Assembly: GCA_963841535.1 (NCBI GenBank) | Contig: CAWJDF010000002.1 | Location: 328,635-392,634 of the forward strand | Direction of reading: 5' to 3' | DNA: 64,000 bases | Source: an uncultured Solirubrobacterales bacterium | GTDB taxonomy: Bacteria; Actinomycetota; Thermoleophilia; Solirubrobacterales; Solirubrobacteraceae | Shown here: positions 17,395-26,543 of the stretch, piece by piece | How the letters are laid out: each line of letters opens with the position of its first letter | Position numbering within the stretch: position 1 is the stretch's first letter | Position numbers and translations under genes: made by a program | Notes under the pieces: generated by a model | Told to the model about the DNA's origin: nothing | Databases searched by the model: none | The model's input: only the letters and a program-made list of their open reading frames with translations

Positions 17395-17949
17395 ATGCGC
17401 TCCTTCCCCCGCCTCGCCGAGCCGCTGACCAACGGGGCCGTCGTGCTTCGCGACTACGAGGAGCGCGACATTCCGGAGATCCTGATCGCCTACCAGGACG
17501 ACCCTCAGCTGCACGTTCACAACCGCGAGGACCGCCCGCCGAGCGGGGCGGAACTGGGCAGCCGGGCCGAGCGCGAGGCGGCCGCCCGCGCGGTGGGCGA
17601 GCGCGCGACGCTGACCGTGCTCGAACCGGGCTCCGACACCTGCCGCGGGCAGATCCGGGTGGAGCCCGTGGACTGGGACCAGGCGCGCGCCGAGCTCGCG
17701 ATCTGGCTGTCGCCGCAGGTTCGCGGCCGCGGCCTCGGGCGCGCGGCCCTGCGACTGGCCGGCGAGTGGCTGCTGACGAGTTGCCGGCTGGCCCGCGTGG
17801 AAGCGCTGGCCGAGCCCGAGAACAGGGCCGCCATCCAGGCCGCTCAGGCCGCCGGCTTCCTCCACGAGGGCGTCCTGCGCGAGTATCGGCGTAAACGCGG
17901 GAAGGGCCTCGACATGGTCATCATGTCCCTGATCCCCACCGATCTGTGA
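17395..17949 (+). CDS. GNAT (RimJ/RimL-like) acetyltransferase
   Basis: RGRGLG, ENRAAIQAAQAAGFLHEGVLR. Confidence 0.85.
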   Translation: MRSFPRLAEPLTNGAVVLRDYEERDIPEILIAYQDDPQLHVHNREDRPPSGAELGSRAEREAAARAVGERATLTVLEPGSDTCRGQIRVEPVDWDQARAELAIWLSPQVRGRGLGRAALRLAGEWLLTSCRLARVEALAEPENRAAIQAAQAAGFLHEGVLREYRRKRGKGLDMVIMSLIPTDL

Positions 17950-18236
17950 TGCCTACCCAGTACTGGCGCGTCAAGCTTCCCCCCGCCGTCAGGTCGCCCT
18001 TCGAGGTGTACGTCAACGGCGTGCGCCAGGAGCTCGGGACCGACTACCGGATCTCCGAAGGCCAGCTGCTGTTCGAGCGCGAGGTGGTCCGACAGCGCCT
18101 CGGGCTGAAGGCCTGGCTGCTGGGCTTCTGGGGCATCGGAACGTACAAGCGCAACGACGAGATCGACATCCGCTACGAGGCCGGCGGTCAGCCGCAGGTC
18201 GCGCACGCGACCGAGATCATTCCGCCGTCGTCCTGA
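17949..18236 (+). CDS. Conserved-looking hypothetical protein
   Basis: Start overlaps the GNAT stop; FEVYVNGVRQELGTDY...FWGIGTYKRNDEIDIRY. Confidence 0.7.
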   Translation: MPTQYWRVKLPPAVRSPFEVYVNGVRQELGTDYRISEGQLLFEREVVRQRLGLKAWLLGFWGIGTYKRNDEIDIRYEAGGQPQVAHATEIIPPSS

Positions 18237-19128
18237 CCACCTCGCGCCGGACCCACGGCCGCAGCAGCCGCAGCGCGGCCAGGATGGCCCGCGTGGCCGG
18301 TGAGCGATTGAGCGTGTAGAAGTGGATCCCGGGAGCGCCCCGGGCCAGCAACTCGGCGCACTGCAGCGTCGCGTATGAGACGCCCAGCTCCAGCACCGCG
18401 TCGGGGCAGTGCGCCCGCGACTCGAGCTGCTCGAGCAGCGCCTCCGGGATGCACGCCCCACACATCTCGGTGAAGCGCTTGATCTGGCCCACATCGGTGA
18501 TCGGCATGATCCCCGGGATGATCGGCACGTCGATCCCGACCGCGTGGGCCTCCTCGACGAACCGGAAGTACGCCGCGTTGTCGAAGAACAGCTGGGTGAT
18601 CAGGAACGACACCCCGTTGTCGACCTTGTGCTTCAAGAACCGCAGATCGCTGGCCATGTCCTCGGCGTCGGGGTGGACCTCGGGGAAGGCGGCGGCGCCC
18701 ACACAAGCCGGGTAGCGCGACGTGATCAGCGCGGCCAACTCGCTCGAGTAACGCAGGCCCCCCGGATGGGGCTGCCATGCAACGTCCCCTCGCGGCGGGT
18801 CGCCCCGTAACGCGAGCACGTTCTCGATCCCGGCGTCGATGAGGCTGTCGAGGATCACGCTCAGCTCATCCCGGCTGGCGCCCACGCAGCTCAGGTGGGC
18901 CATCGCCTCGATTCCGAGGTCCCGCTTGATCCACTTGGTCAGCTCGAGCGTGAGGCCGCGGGTCGAGCCGCCCGCTCCGTAGGTCACCGAGACGAAGTCG
19001 GGCTCGAGCTCCCGCAGCGTTCCCAGCGTCTCCCGGAGCTTGCGCTCGCCCTCCTCGGTCTTGGGCGGGAAGAACTCGAACGAGAAGACGGGCTCCTCCG
19101 CGTCGGTCAGCATCTGATCGATCCGCAT
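18217..19128 (-). CDS. metF: 5,10-methylenetetrahydrofolate reductase
   Basis: FSFEFFPPKT, FVSVTYGAGGST, LALRGDPP, ITQLFFDN, HFYTLNR. Confidence 0.97.
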   Translation of the reverse strand: MRIDQMLTDAEEPVFSFEFFPPKTEEGERKLRETLGTLRELEPDFVSVTYGAGGSTRGLTLELTKWIKRDLGIEAMAHLSCVGASRDELSVILDSLIDAGIENVLALRGDPPRGDVAWQPHPGGLRYSSELAALITSRYPACVGAAAFPEVHPDAEDMASDLRFLKHKVDNGVSFLITQLFFDNAAYFRFVEEAHAVGIDVPIIPGIMPITDVGQIKRFTEMCGACIPEALLEQLESRAHCPDAVLELGVSYATLQCAELLARGAPGIHFYTLNRSPATRAILAALRLLRPWVRREVVRTTAE

Positions 19129-19137
19129 TGGTGCGGC

Positions 19138-19171
19138 ACCCTAGCAACCTTGACAATGTCATGTCAAGGTT
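19138..19171 (-). promoter_or_regulatory. metF promoter (TTGACA-N18-TAGGGT) with a perfect 10-6-10 palindromic operator
   Basis: AACCTTGACA-ATGTCA-TGTCAAGGTT at 19146-19171. Confidence 0.75.
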
Positions 19172-19179
19172 TTGTCTCG

Positions 19180-20190
19180 CTAATTCGACAATGCCGCGGT
19201 CCAACGCTCCACGCCGGCGTCCGAATCCGGCCCCACCCGCTCCACCCGCCCCAGTCGCGCCAGATGGTTCAGGTAGCAGAGCGTCTCGGGGAGCCACCAG
19301 CCGGCGTTGGACTCGGTCAGCGGCTCGCCGTGCACGGCGGGGGTGATCTCGAGCGCGGTTCGCGGACTACCCTCGGAGACCGCCGCCAGCGCCGCGTCGA
19401 GCCGCTCGCACACCAGCCGGCGGTTGCCCTCGATGTGTCCGTGCACGTCGAGAAACGGCCTGCCGTGGCCCGACAGCGCGAGCCGAGCATCCAGCTCGTC
19501 GACTACGTCCAGCGAGCCGAGGAACTCGCTGATCGGATCGGGTGTCCACCCGTAGTCGAAGTACAGCGAGATGCGTCCGAGCACATGATCGCCGGAGATC
19601 AGCAGCCGCCGCTCGGCCTGGAAGAGGCAGACGTGCGAGGGCGCGTGCCCGGGCGTCTCGTAGACCTTCCACACACCCAGATCGGTCTCGATCGCCACCC
19701 CCGCCACGAGGTCGCCATCGGGCTCGATCAGTCGCGCGATACCCGAGGGCATGTCCCTGATCCGCTCGGCGACGCGGGCCAGCGTTGACTCGGGCAGGCC
19801 GCTTTGGCGCCCGATCTCGAGCCGCCGCGCGAGCGCCACATCGGGATCCGTGACCGTCTGCATTCCGTGCTCGTGGTTGGGATGCATCCAGAGCTCGCAG
19901 CCCGCCCGCTCGCAGATCGTCGCGGCCTGACCCCAATGGTCGATGTGGGCGTGCGTGCACACGAGCAGCCCGACCTGCTCCACGCCCAGCCCGACCTGGG
20001 CCAAGGCACGCTCGAGCTCGAGGAACGACCCGGGCTCGTGCATCCCGGTGTCGACCAGCACCACGCCGTCCCCGCGCGCAATCGCCCAGGCGTTGCAGTG
20101 CGGAACGCCCGGCAGCGGCAGCGGTAAGCGCAGGCGCCAAAGGCCCGGGATCACGCGCTCACCACGGCCGAGCTCGCGTCTGCGTGGCAT
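19180..20190 (-). CDS. MBL-fold metallo-hydrolase
   Basis: THAHIDHWG, TPGHAPSH, SGDHVL, SGHG. Confidence 0.9.
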   Translation of the reverse strand: MPRRRELGRGERVIPGLWRLRLPLPLPGVPHCNAWAIARGDGVVLVDTGMHEPGSFLELERALAQVGLGVEQVGLLVCTHAHIDHWGQAATICERAGCELWMHPNHEHGMQTVTDPDVALARRLEIGRQSGLPESTLARVAERIRDMPSGIARLIEPDGDLVAGVAIETDLGVWKVYETPGHAPSHVCLFQAERRLLISGDHVLGRISLYFDYGWTPDPISEFLGSLDVVDELDARLALSGHGRPFLDVHGHIEGNRRLVCERLDAALAAVSEGSPRTALEITPAVHGEPLTESNAGWWLPETLCYLNHLARLGRVERVGPDSDAGVERWTAALSN

Positions 20191-20228
20191 GCCCGCACGA
20201 TATTGCCCACGTAGACTCCGGCGCTCCG

Positions 20229-21428
20229 ATGTCCAACGCACCAGAGCTGGCCCGGGGGTACTTCGAGGCGATCGGCGCCCGCGACCTCGACACCGCCATG
20301 GGCATGTGGGCCCCGGGCGGGGTCGAGCGCGTGGTCGGCCAGCGCGAGATGGCGGCGCCCGACGACGTGCGCGCGTTCCTCACCGAGATGCACGGCGCCT
20401 TCCCGGACCTCGCGTGGGAAGTCCTCGACGTGATCGGCTCCGACGAAAGCGAAAGCCGGCGGGTCGTCGTTCAGTGGCGCGCGAGCGGCACGTTCGCCGG
20501 CCCGGGGACGTTCCAGGGCTTCGTGGCCAACGGCGCGCACCTCGAGATGGAGGGCTGCGACGTCCTCACGTTCAGCGCCGAGAACAACCTCGAGCGCCTC
20601 GAGGCATACATCGACAGCGGCGACGTCGCCCGCCAGCTGGGCGTGCTGCCGCCGGCGGGCTCGCGGGCCGAATCGAACCTGACCAAGCTCGCCAACGCCC
20701 GTACGCGAGCCCGCGGCTGGATCCAGGGGGGCGATGCCGAGCGGATCGCCGAGGGAGTGTGGCTCGTGCGCGGCGGCGTCCCGAAGGTCATGAACGTGTA
20801 TCTGATCGAGGACGATGGCGGGGTGACCGTGTTCGACGCCGGCATCTCCGACATGAGCGCCGCGGTCGCCGCCGCGGCCGCGCGTCTCGGGGGGATCAGA
20901 CGGGTCGTGCTCGGCCACGCCGACGCCGACCATCGAGGGGCGGCTCCGGGACTGCACGCGCCGGTGTACTGCCATCCGGCCGAGCGCGAGGCCGCCGAGT
21001 CGCCCGAGACCTACCGGCCGTACTTCGATCGCTCGAAGCTCGACGTCCGCGGGCGCACCGTGCTTTGGCGGCTGATCGCCATCTGGGACGGCGGTCCGGT
21101 CCAGATCGCTGGGAGCGTCGACGAGGACGACGAGGTTGCCGGCTTCAGGGTCGTCCACCTCCCGGGCCACGCCCCCGGCCTGATCGGCCTGTTCCGCGAG
21201 TCCGACCGGCTGGCGCTCGTCTCCGACACCGTCTACACGCTCGATCCGCAGAGCGGGCGCAGAGAGCCCGCCCACGTCCCGCACCCGGCCTTCAACCAGG
21301 ACACCGAGCAGGCCCTCGCGTCGATCCGCAAGCTCGCCGGGCTCGACCCAACGACCGTATGGGCAGGTCACGCCGACCCGGTGACCGGAGACGTGAGCGC
21401 GCAGCTCAACCAGGCCGCGACCGCCTGA
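20229..21428 (+). CDS. SnoaL/NTF2-like domain fused to an MBL-fold hydrolase
   Basis: N-terminal YFEAIGARDLD...HGAFPDL (SnoaL-like); C-terminal GHADADHRG, LPGHAPG, AGH. Confidence 0.85.
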   Translation: MSNAPELARGYFEAIGARDLDTAMGMWAPGGVERVVGQREMAAPDDVRAFLTEMHGAFPDLAWEVLDVIGSDESESRRVVVQWRASGTFAGPGTFQGFVANGAHLEMEGCDVLTFSAENNLERLEAYIDSGDVARQLGVLPPAGSRAESNLTKLANARTRARGWIQGGDAERIAEGVWLVRGGVPKVMNVYLIEDDGGVTVFDAGISDMSAAVAAAAARLGGIRRVVLGHADADHRGAAPGLHAPVYCHPAEREAAESPETYRPYFDRSKLDVRGRTVLWRLIAIWDGGPVQIAGSVDEDDEVAGFRVVHLPGHAPGLIGLFRESDRLALVSDTVYTLDPQSGRREPAHVPHPAFNQDTEQALASIRKLAGLDPTTVWAGHADPVTGDVSAQLNQAATA

Positions 21429-21775
21429 TGGGCAAGCGCAAGCAGAGGCTGGAGAAGCTCGCGGCTCCGAGCACCGAGTACCGCGACGCCGAGAGGAACG
21501 TCCTCACGCTGCGTGGCTCGCTGACCCCCGGCGCCCGCCGCGAGTACGCCGACATCCTCGCCGGCGGGCTCCACCGCGAGGACGCCTGGCAGCGAGCCAC
21601 CGAGCTGCTGTTCGAGCGGCTCGCGGTGTCGTGGACGATCTCCGGGGTCGAGATCACGCGGCAGAAGGAGCTCCTGGGGCGCTACCGGATGGCCAGCACC
21701 GACGAGCGCAACTTCGTCCGGGACACGCTGCGGAACCACGCCGCCGAGCACTTCCCGGAGCTCGAGGCCCCGTGA
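21428..21775 (+). CDS. Hypothetical protein
   Basis: TGATG coupling; MGKRKQRLEKLAAPSTEYRD...LFERLAVSWTISG...HFPELEAP. Confidence 0.75.
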   Translation: MGKRKQRLEKLAAPSTEYRDAERNVLTLRGSLTPGARREYADILAGGLHREDAWQRATELLFERLAVSWTISGVEITRQKELLGRYRMASTDERNFVRDTLRNHAAEHFPELEAP

Positions 21776-21794
21776 CCCGGCCCCGCGTGACCCG

Positions 21795-22874
21795 GTGACC
21801 CCGGGCCACCCCGATCCCGAGGCCTTCGCCACCCTCCTCTGCGACTGGTGCTTCGACGTGCGCGAGCGCGACTACGTGCTGGTCTTCGCCACGCTGCGCG
21901 CCGCGCCGCTGATCCGCGCCTTCCATCGCGCGCTGATCGCCCGGGGAGCATGGACGCCGGGGCTGCGGATCGGCCTGCCGGGCATCGCCGAGGACTTCTA
22001 CAACCTCGCGCCCGACGATCTGCTCGACAGCTACCCGCCCCTGGACATGGCCGAGGTCGAGCACGCCGACGCCTACCTGCGCATCGACGCGCCCGAGAAC
22101 ACGCGGGCGCTCGCCGAGGTCGATCCGGCCAAGATCGCCCGCTCCTCTCGCGCCCGCGCGCCGATTCAGGAGGTCCGGCTGTCCAAGCGCTGGTGCGGCA
22201 CGATCTGGCCCACGCCCGCCCTGGCCCAGGACGCCGGGATGAGCGACGACGACTACGCCGCGTTCGTCAACCGGGCTTTGTTCCTCGACCGCCCCGATCC
22301 GGTGGCGGCCTGGCGCGAGCTGAGCGACCGCCAGCAGAGCCTGGTTGAGCGCCTCGGCACGGCAAGCACGATCCGCATCGAGGCTGACGGCACCGACCTG
22401 ACCCTGCGCGTCGACGGCCGCACCTGGATCAACTCCAACGGCCGGCGCAACATGCCCAGCGGCGAGGTGTTCACGGGGCCGCTCGAGGACTCTGCGACCG
22501 GCACGATTCGCTTCACGATTCCGTCGAGCCCGCGCGGGGTCCGCGTGGAGGACGTGACCGTCACATTCGAGAACGGTGAGGTGACGAGCGCGACCGCCGC
22601 GCAGGGACAGGCCTATCTCGACGCCGCGCTGGCCAGCGACGCCGGTGCGCGCTTCCTCGGTGAGCTGGGGATCGGCACAAACACCGGCATCGACCGCGCC
22701 ACCGGGTCGATCCTGCTCGACGAGAAGATCGCCGGCACGGTGCACCTGGCGCTCGGCCGCTCGTATCCCGAGACCGGCGGCGTGAACCGCTCGGCCCTGC
22801 ACTGGGATCTGATCTGCGACCTGCGCCAGGGTGGCCGGCTCACCGCCGACGGCGAGCCGGTCACCCTGGCCTGA
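21795..22874 (+). CDS. M29 (AmpS/AmpT-type) aminopeptidase
   Basis: NMPSGEVFTGP, GELGIG, LLDEKIAGTVHLALG, SALHWDLI. Confidence 0.93.
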   Translation: MTPGHPDPEAFATLLCDWCFDVRERDYVLVFATLRAAPLIRAFHRALIARGAWTPGLRIGLPGIAEDFYNLAPDDLLDSYPPLDMAEVEHADAYLRIDAPENTRALAEVDPAKIARSSRARAPIQEVRLSKRWCGTIWPTPALAQDAGMSDDDYAAFVNRALFLDRPDPVAAWRELSDRQQSLVERLGTASTIRIEADGTDLTLRVDGRTWINSNGRRNMPSGEVFTGPLEDSATGTIRFTIPSSPRGVRVEDVTVTFENGEVTSATAAQGQAYLDAALASDAGARFLGELGIGTNTGIDRATGSILLDEKIAGTVHLALGRSYPETGGVNRSALHWDLICDLRQGGRLTADGEPVTLA

Positions 22875-22888
22875 AGCAGCCGCCTAAC

Positions 22889-24839
22889 CCGAAGTTCCGT
22901 CTGACCGGGTGACGGGATTCCCCGTCCGTGCTGGGTTTTAGCGGGTTTGGGGGTGGATGGGTGGTGACTACGGGTCGAGCGGTGCGTGGTCGGCGAGGTC
23001 GAGCGCTCGGGCTTGGAGGGTGGTGGGTTGGGCGAGCTTGTGGAAGGTGGCGTTGGTGCCGGGCAGGCGGATGGTGTTGCGGGTGAGGGTGCCGAGCTCG
23101 GCGAGCAGGCTCTTGTAGCTGTGGCACGGGTCGCCGGTGCTGGTGCGTTTGGTGCGGGCTTTGCGCTGGGCGGCGGGGGAGCGAGTGGCTTTGGCGACCG
23201 GGTCGGGCTGGATCGGTGGCTGCTCGTCTTTGAAGATCAGCGGTGCCCAGGCTTGGCGTAGGTGCCAGGTGAGGTAGTAGGCGAGCATGCAGAGGAACAC
23301 GTGCGCGCGGACCCGGGTCTCGAGGTGGTGGTGGATGGGGCGGATCTCGAGCTCGGGGCCTTTGAAGGTGCGAAACGCGCGCTCGACCTGTTCGAGGTTC
23401 TTGTAGGAGCGCACCACCTCTCCGGTGGACAGTTCGGTGTCGGGGAGGTTGGTGCGCAGCACGTAGATCCCGTCCAGCGCCGCCTCGGCCTCGATCTGCT
23501 CGGTCTTGCGCTCATAGGTGAAGCTGGTGTCGGTGATGGTCACCTCGAAGTGCTTGCGGACCTTGTAGCGCTTCAGTGCCGGTCCGACCGCAAGCCCGAT
23601 CTGGTCGGCGCCGGTCAGGGTGCCGCGCTCCACGCGCTGAGCGATCTCCGCCAGTCCCCGTTCGGTCGCCTCCAGCAACTCTTGGCGTTTGCGGGCTCGC
23701 TCGGCAGCCACGAGCGGGTTGCGGCACACGATCAGCCGCTCGCCCGGATAGTCCTCGGAGGTGATCTCGGCCAGGTTTTGCTGATCGAACAGCGATAGCT
23801 GCAGGTCGCCTTCGCGGGCGAGCTTCTGGATCTGCGGCGCCTTCAATGCCGTGATCCAGCCTGCGTCCGCCGCCTGCAGCAGCTCGAGGTTGGCCTTGGT
23901 CACCATCCCCCGGTCCGAGACTACGACCACCCGTGAGAGCCCGAAGCGGCTCTTGAGCTTCTCGATCTGGGAGGGCAGCGTCTTGTCGTCGTGCAGCTCC
24001 CCGGAGAACACCTCGACCGCGACAGGCCGGCCGGGCTTGTCGCAGAGCAGCCCGTAGATGATCTGCAGGCTGCCGCGCTTCTGATCGCGCGAGTAGCCGA
24101 GCTTGGCCAGCTCACAGCAACGTCCCTCGAAATACGACGAGGACACGTCGTAGAGCACCAGCTCCCCGTCCTTCAGAAGCCGACGAGCCAGCCCGTCCTC
24201 GATCCGCTCTTGGCGCTCAAGCAGCCAGTCCATCGCCGCATACAGATCGTCCTCATCCGCCTCGGCGACGCCGAGCTCCTCCGCCAGCGTCGACTGGCCC
24301 AAAGCCCGCACGGTCCCAAGCTTCGACGCCGGCGCGATCGCTCGCTGACAAACCATCGCCAGCACCAGATCCCGCTCCCGCGACGGCCGCCGGTCGATCA
24401 ACCGGGCCAGCTCAAGCCGGCGAGCCATGATCAACGCCGCGTTCACATGCCCAGCCGGCAGCGAGCGCTCGATCGCAAACCCGTCCGAGAGCACCGCGAC
24501 CGGCTCGCCCCGCAGCCCCGCCCGCACCAGCTCGACCAGCTCCTCGGGCAGATGCGAGATGTTCCCGACCGTCTCGTTCTTGACCTTCCCGCCCTCCCGA
24601 TAGGAGCGACGCAACAGGTGCGTGACGTACTCCCGCCCCTTCCCCTGCCGCCTATTGGTGACAACGTGTAGAGCCCCAGCTGGACGAGGTCTCCGCGACA
24701 TGCCCGAACCATACCCGCACCACCGGACGGACACATCACATTATTGATGACTACGCCAAACCACCACAAGAAAGGCCGAAACCCCAGCAACCACAAGGAT
24801 TCCGGCCTCTCAAAAGCCAGTTATTGGCGGGAACTTCGG
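22889..24839 (-). mobile_element. IS1634-family insertion sequence (1951 bp)
   Basis: IRs CCGAAGTTCC (22889-22898) / GGAACTTCGG (24830-24839); 6-bp TSD CCTAAC at 22883-22888 and 24840-24845. Confidence 0.93.
22968..24701 (-). CDS. IS1634-family DDE transposase
   Basis: LRRSYREGGKVK, LYDVSSSYFEG, VSDRGM, YKNLEQVERAFR, RVRAHVFLCMLAY. Confidence 0.95.
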   Translation of the reverse strand: MSRRPRPAGALHVVTNRRQGKGREYVTHLLRRSYREGGKVKNETVGNISHLPEELVELVRAGLRGEPVAVLSDGFAIERSLPAGHVNAALIMARRLELARLIDRRPSRERDLVLAMVCQRAIAPASKLGTVRALGQSTLAEELGVAEADEDDLYAAMDWLLERQERIEDGLARRLLKDGELVLYDVSSSYFEGRCCELAKLGYSRDQKRGSLQIIYGLLCDKPGRPVAVEVFSGELHDDKTLPSQIEKLKSRFGLSRVVVVSDRGMVTKANLELLQAADAGWITALKAPQIQKLAREGDLQLSLFDQQNLAEITSEDYPGERLIVCRNPLVAAERARKRQELLEATERGLAEIAQRVERGTLTGADQIGLAVGPALKRYKVRKHFEVTITDTSFTYERKTEQIEAEAALDGIYVLRTNLPDTELSTGEVVRSYKNLEQVERAFRTFKGPELEIRPIHHHLETRVRAHVFLCMLAYYLTWHLRQAWAPLIFKDEQPPIQPDPVAKATRSPAAQRKARTKRTSTGDPCHSYKSLLAELGTLTRNTIRLPGTNATFHKLAQPTTLQARALDLADHAPLDP

Positions 24840-24904
24840 CCTAACCCAGCGCTCACAGGCCGGAACGACCGCCGCGCCTCGTTGGCGTAGCCTCCAAGAG
24901 CGAG

Positions 24905-26314
24905 ATGCGCCGAACCAAGATCGTCGCCACGATCGGACCTGCCTGCCAGAACCTCGAGACGCTCAGCCGCATGGTCGAGGCCGGCCTCGACGTGGCGCGG
25001 CTGAACTTCTCCCACGGCAACCGGGAGATGCATGCCGAGAACGCCGAACTGGTGCGCCGAGCCGCCACGGCCGCCGGGCGTCAGGTCGCGATCCTCCAGG
25101 ACCTGCCGGGGCCCAAGATCCGCATCGGCAAGCTCGAGGACGACATCGCCGAGCTCAAGCCGGGCGAGAAGCTCGTGCTGATATGCGGCGCGAACTCGGT
25201 GGTCGGCAACGGCGAGCGGATGTCCGTCTCGTGGGGCGGCCTGGCCAGCGCCGTCGATCCGCAGGACATCATCTACTTGGCCGACGGCGCGATCCGCCTG
25301 CGGGTCCAGACCGTGCGCGAGGGCGACGGCGAGGTCGAGACCGCGGTTGAGATCGGCGGGACCGTGGCCTCGCGGCAGGGCCTGAACATCCCCGGCTCGA
25401 CCCGCGGCCTGCCCGCGGTCCCCGAGGAGGACCTCGACATGCTGCGCTTCGGCGAGTCGATTGGCGTCGACCTGGTGGCGCTGTCGTTCGTGCGCACGGC
25501 CGAGGACGTGACCAGCGTGCGCCGCCACACCCGCCTGCCGCTGATCGCCAAGATCGAGAAGCCGCAAGCGGTCGACTCGGCGGAGGAGATCATCAGGGCG
25601 GCCGACTGCGTGATGGTGGCGCGCGGCGACCTCGGGATCGAGCTGCCGATCGAGGACGTCCCGATCGTCCAGAAGCAGCTCCTGCGGACCGCCGGCAAGC
25701 TGGCCCGGCCGGCGATCACCGCGACCCAGATGCTCGACTCGATGGTCAACTCCTCCCGCCCAACCCGGGCCGAGGTGGCCGACGTGGCCAACGCGATCCT
25801 CGACGGCACCGACGCGGTCATGCTCTCCCAGGAGACCGCGATCGGCCAGTATCCCGTCGGGGCGGTCGAGATGATGGCCTCGGTGGCCGAGAGGACGGAG
25901 CACACCCTCCCGTACCGCGCCTGGAACGAGGAGCGGGTCCGGCGCGACGCCCGCGACCCGGCTTACACGATCGCCTACAGCGCCTGCGCCGCCGCGCGCG
26001 ACCTGCACCTCGCCGCGCTCGTCGTGCCCACGCTGTCGGGCCGCTCGGCCCGGCTGATCTCCGCCCACCGGCCCCAGGTGCCGATCTACGTGCTGTCGCC
26101 CGGCAAGGAGACCGTGCGCCGCTGCAGCCTGATGTGGGGCGTCCAGGCGGGGCCGATGCGCCGGCACGAGGTGACCGAGGCGCTGATCGCGGACGCCGCT
26201 CGCCGCGTGGTGGAGCTGGGTTGGGTGAAGTCGGGCGCCCGCGTGGGGATCACCGCCGGACTGCCGTCCGGCCGCCCCGGCACCACCAGCCTGTTCCAGA
26301 TCCAGAGGGTTTGA
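24905..26314 (+). CDS. pyk: Pyruvate kinase
   Basis: RRTKIVATIGP, ARLNFSHG, IAKIEK, MVARGDLG, TRAEVADVANA. Confidence 0.97.
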   Translation: MRRTKIVATIGPACQNLETLSRMVEAGLDVARLNFSHGNREMHAENAELVRRAATAAGRQVAILQDLPGPKIRIGKLEDDIAELKPGEKLVLICGANSVVGNGERMSVSWGGLASAVDPQDIIYLADGAIRLRVQTVREGDGEVETAVEIGGTVASRQGLNIPGSTRGLPAVPEEDLDMLRFGESIGVDLVALSFVRTAEDVTSVRRHTRLPLIAKIEKPQAVDSAEEIIRAADCVMVARGDLGIELPIEDVPIVQKQLLRTAGKLARPAITATQMLDSMVNSSRPTRAEVADVANAILDGTDAVMLSQETAIGQYPVGAVEMMASVAERTEHTLPYRAWNEERVRRDARDPAYTIAYSACAAARDLHLAALVVPTLSGRSARLISAHRPQVPIYVLSPGKETVRRCSLMWGVQAGPMRRHEVTEALIADAARRVVELGWVKSGARVGITAGLPSGRPGTTSLFQIQRV

Positions 26315-26397
26315 CTGGGGCCGCCTCCGGCGGCATCCATGGGACCGTTCCGCCGGGCGTCCATGCCCGGCGGCCCCAACGTCCGGGCCGTCCGGCG

Positions 26398-26512
26398 CGG
26401 GAAATTTCCGCCATTGCCCCCGGGGGCAGCCGCTAGTTCCGGATTCTTCCCGTCCTGCGGGAGTTATCCGTCACCAGCCGCAGCGGCCGGGCGTAATGGC
26501 GGAAATTTCCCG
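26398..26512. repeat. 115-bp palindromic intergenic element, copy 1
   Basis: Perfect 18-bp terminal IR CGGGAAATTTCCGCCATT / AATGGCGGAAATTTCCCG; between convergent genes. Confidence 0.85.
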
Positions 26513-26543
26513 ATTCGGTGGCGGGGCGCTAAGGCGCGGGCCG

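Noticed and set aside
19141-19171. dif site (TCATGTCAAGG resembles an actinobacterial XerD arm)
   Set aside because: No XerC-like left arm at the right spacing; better explained as a palindromic operator over the metF -35.
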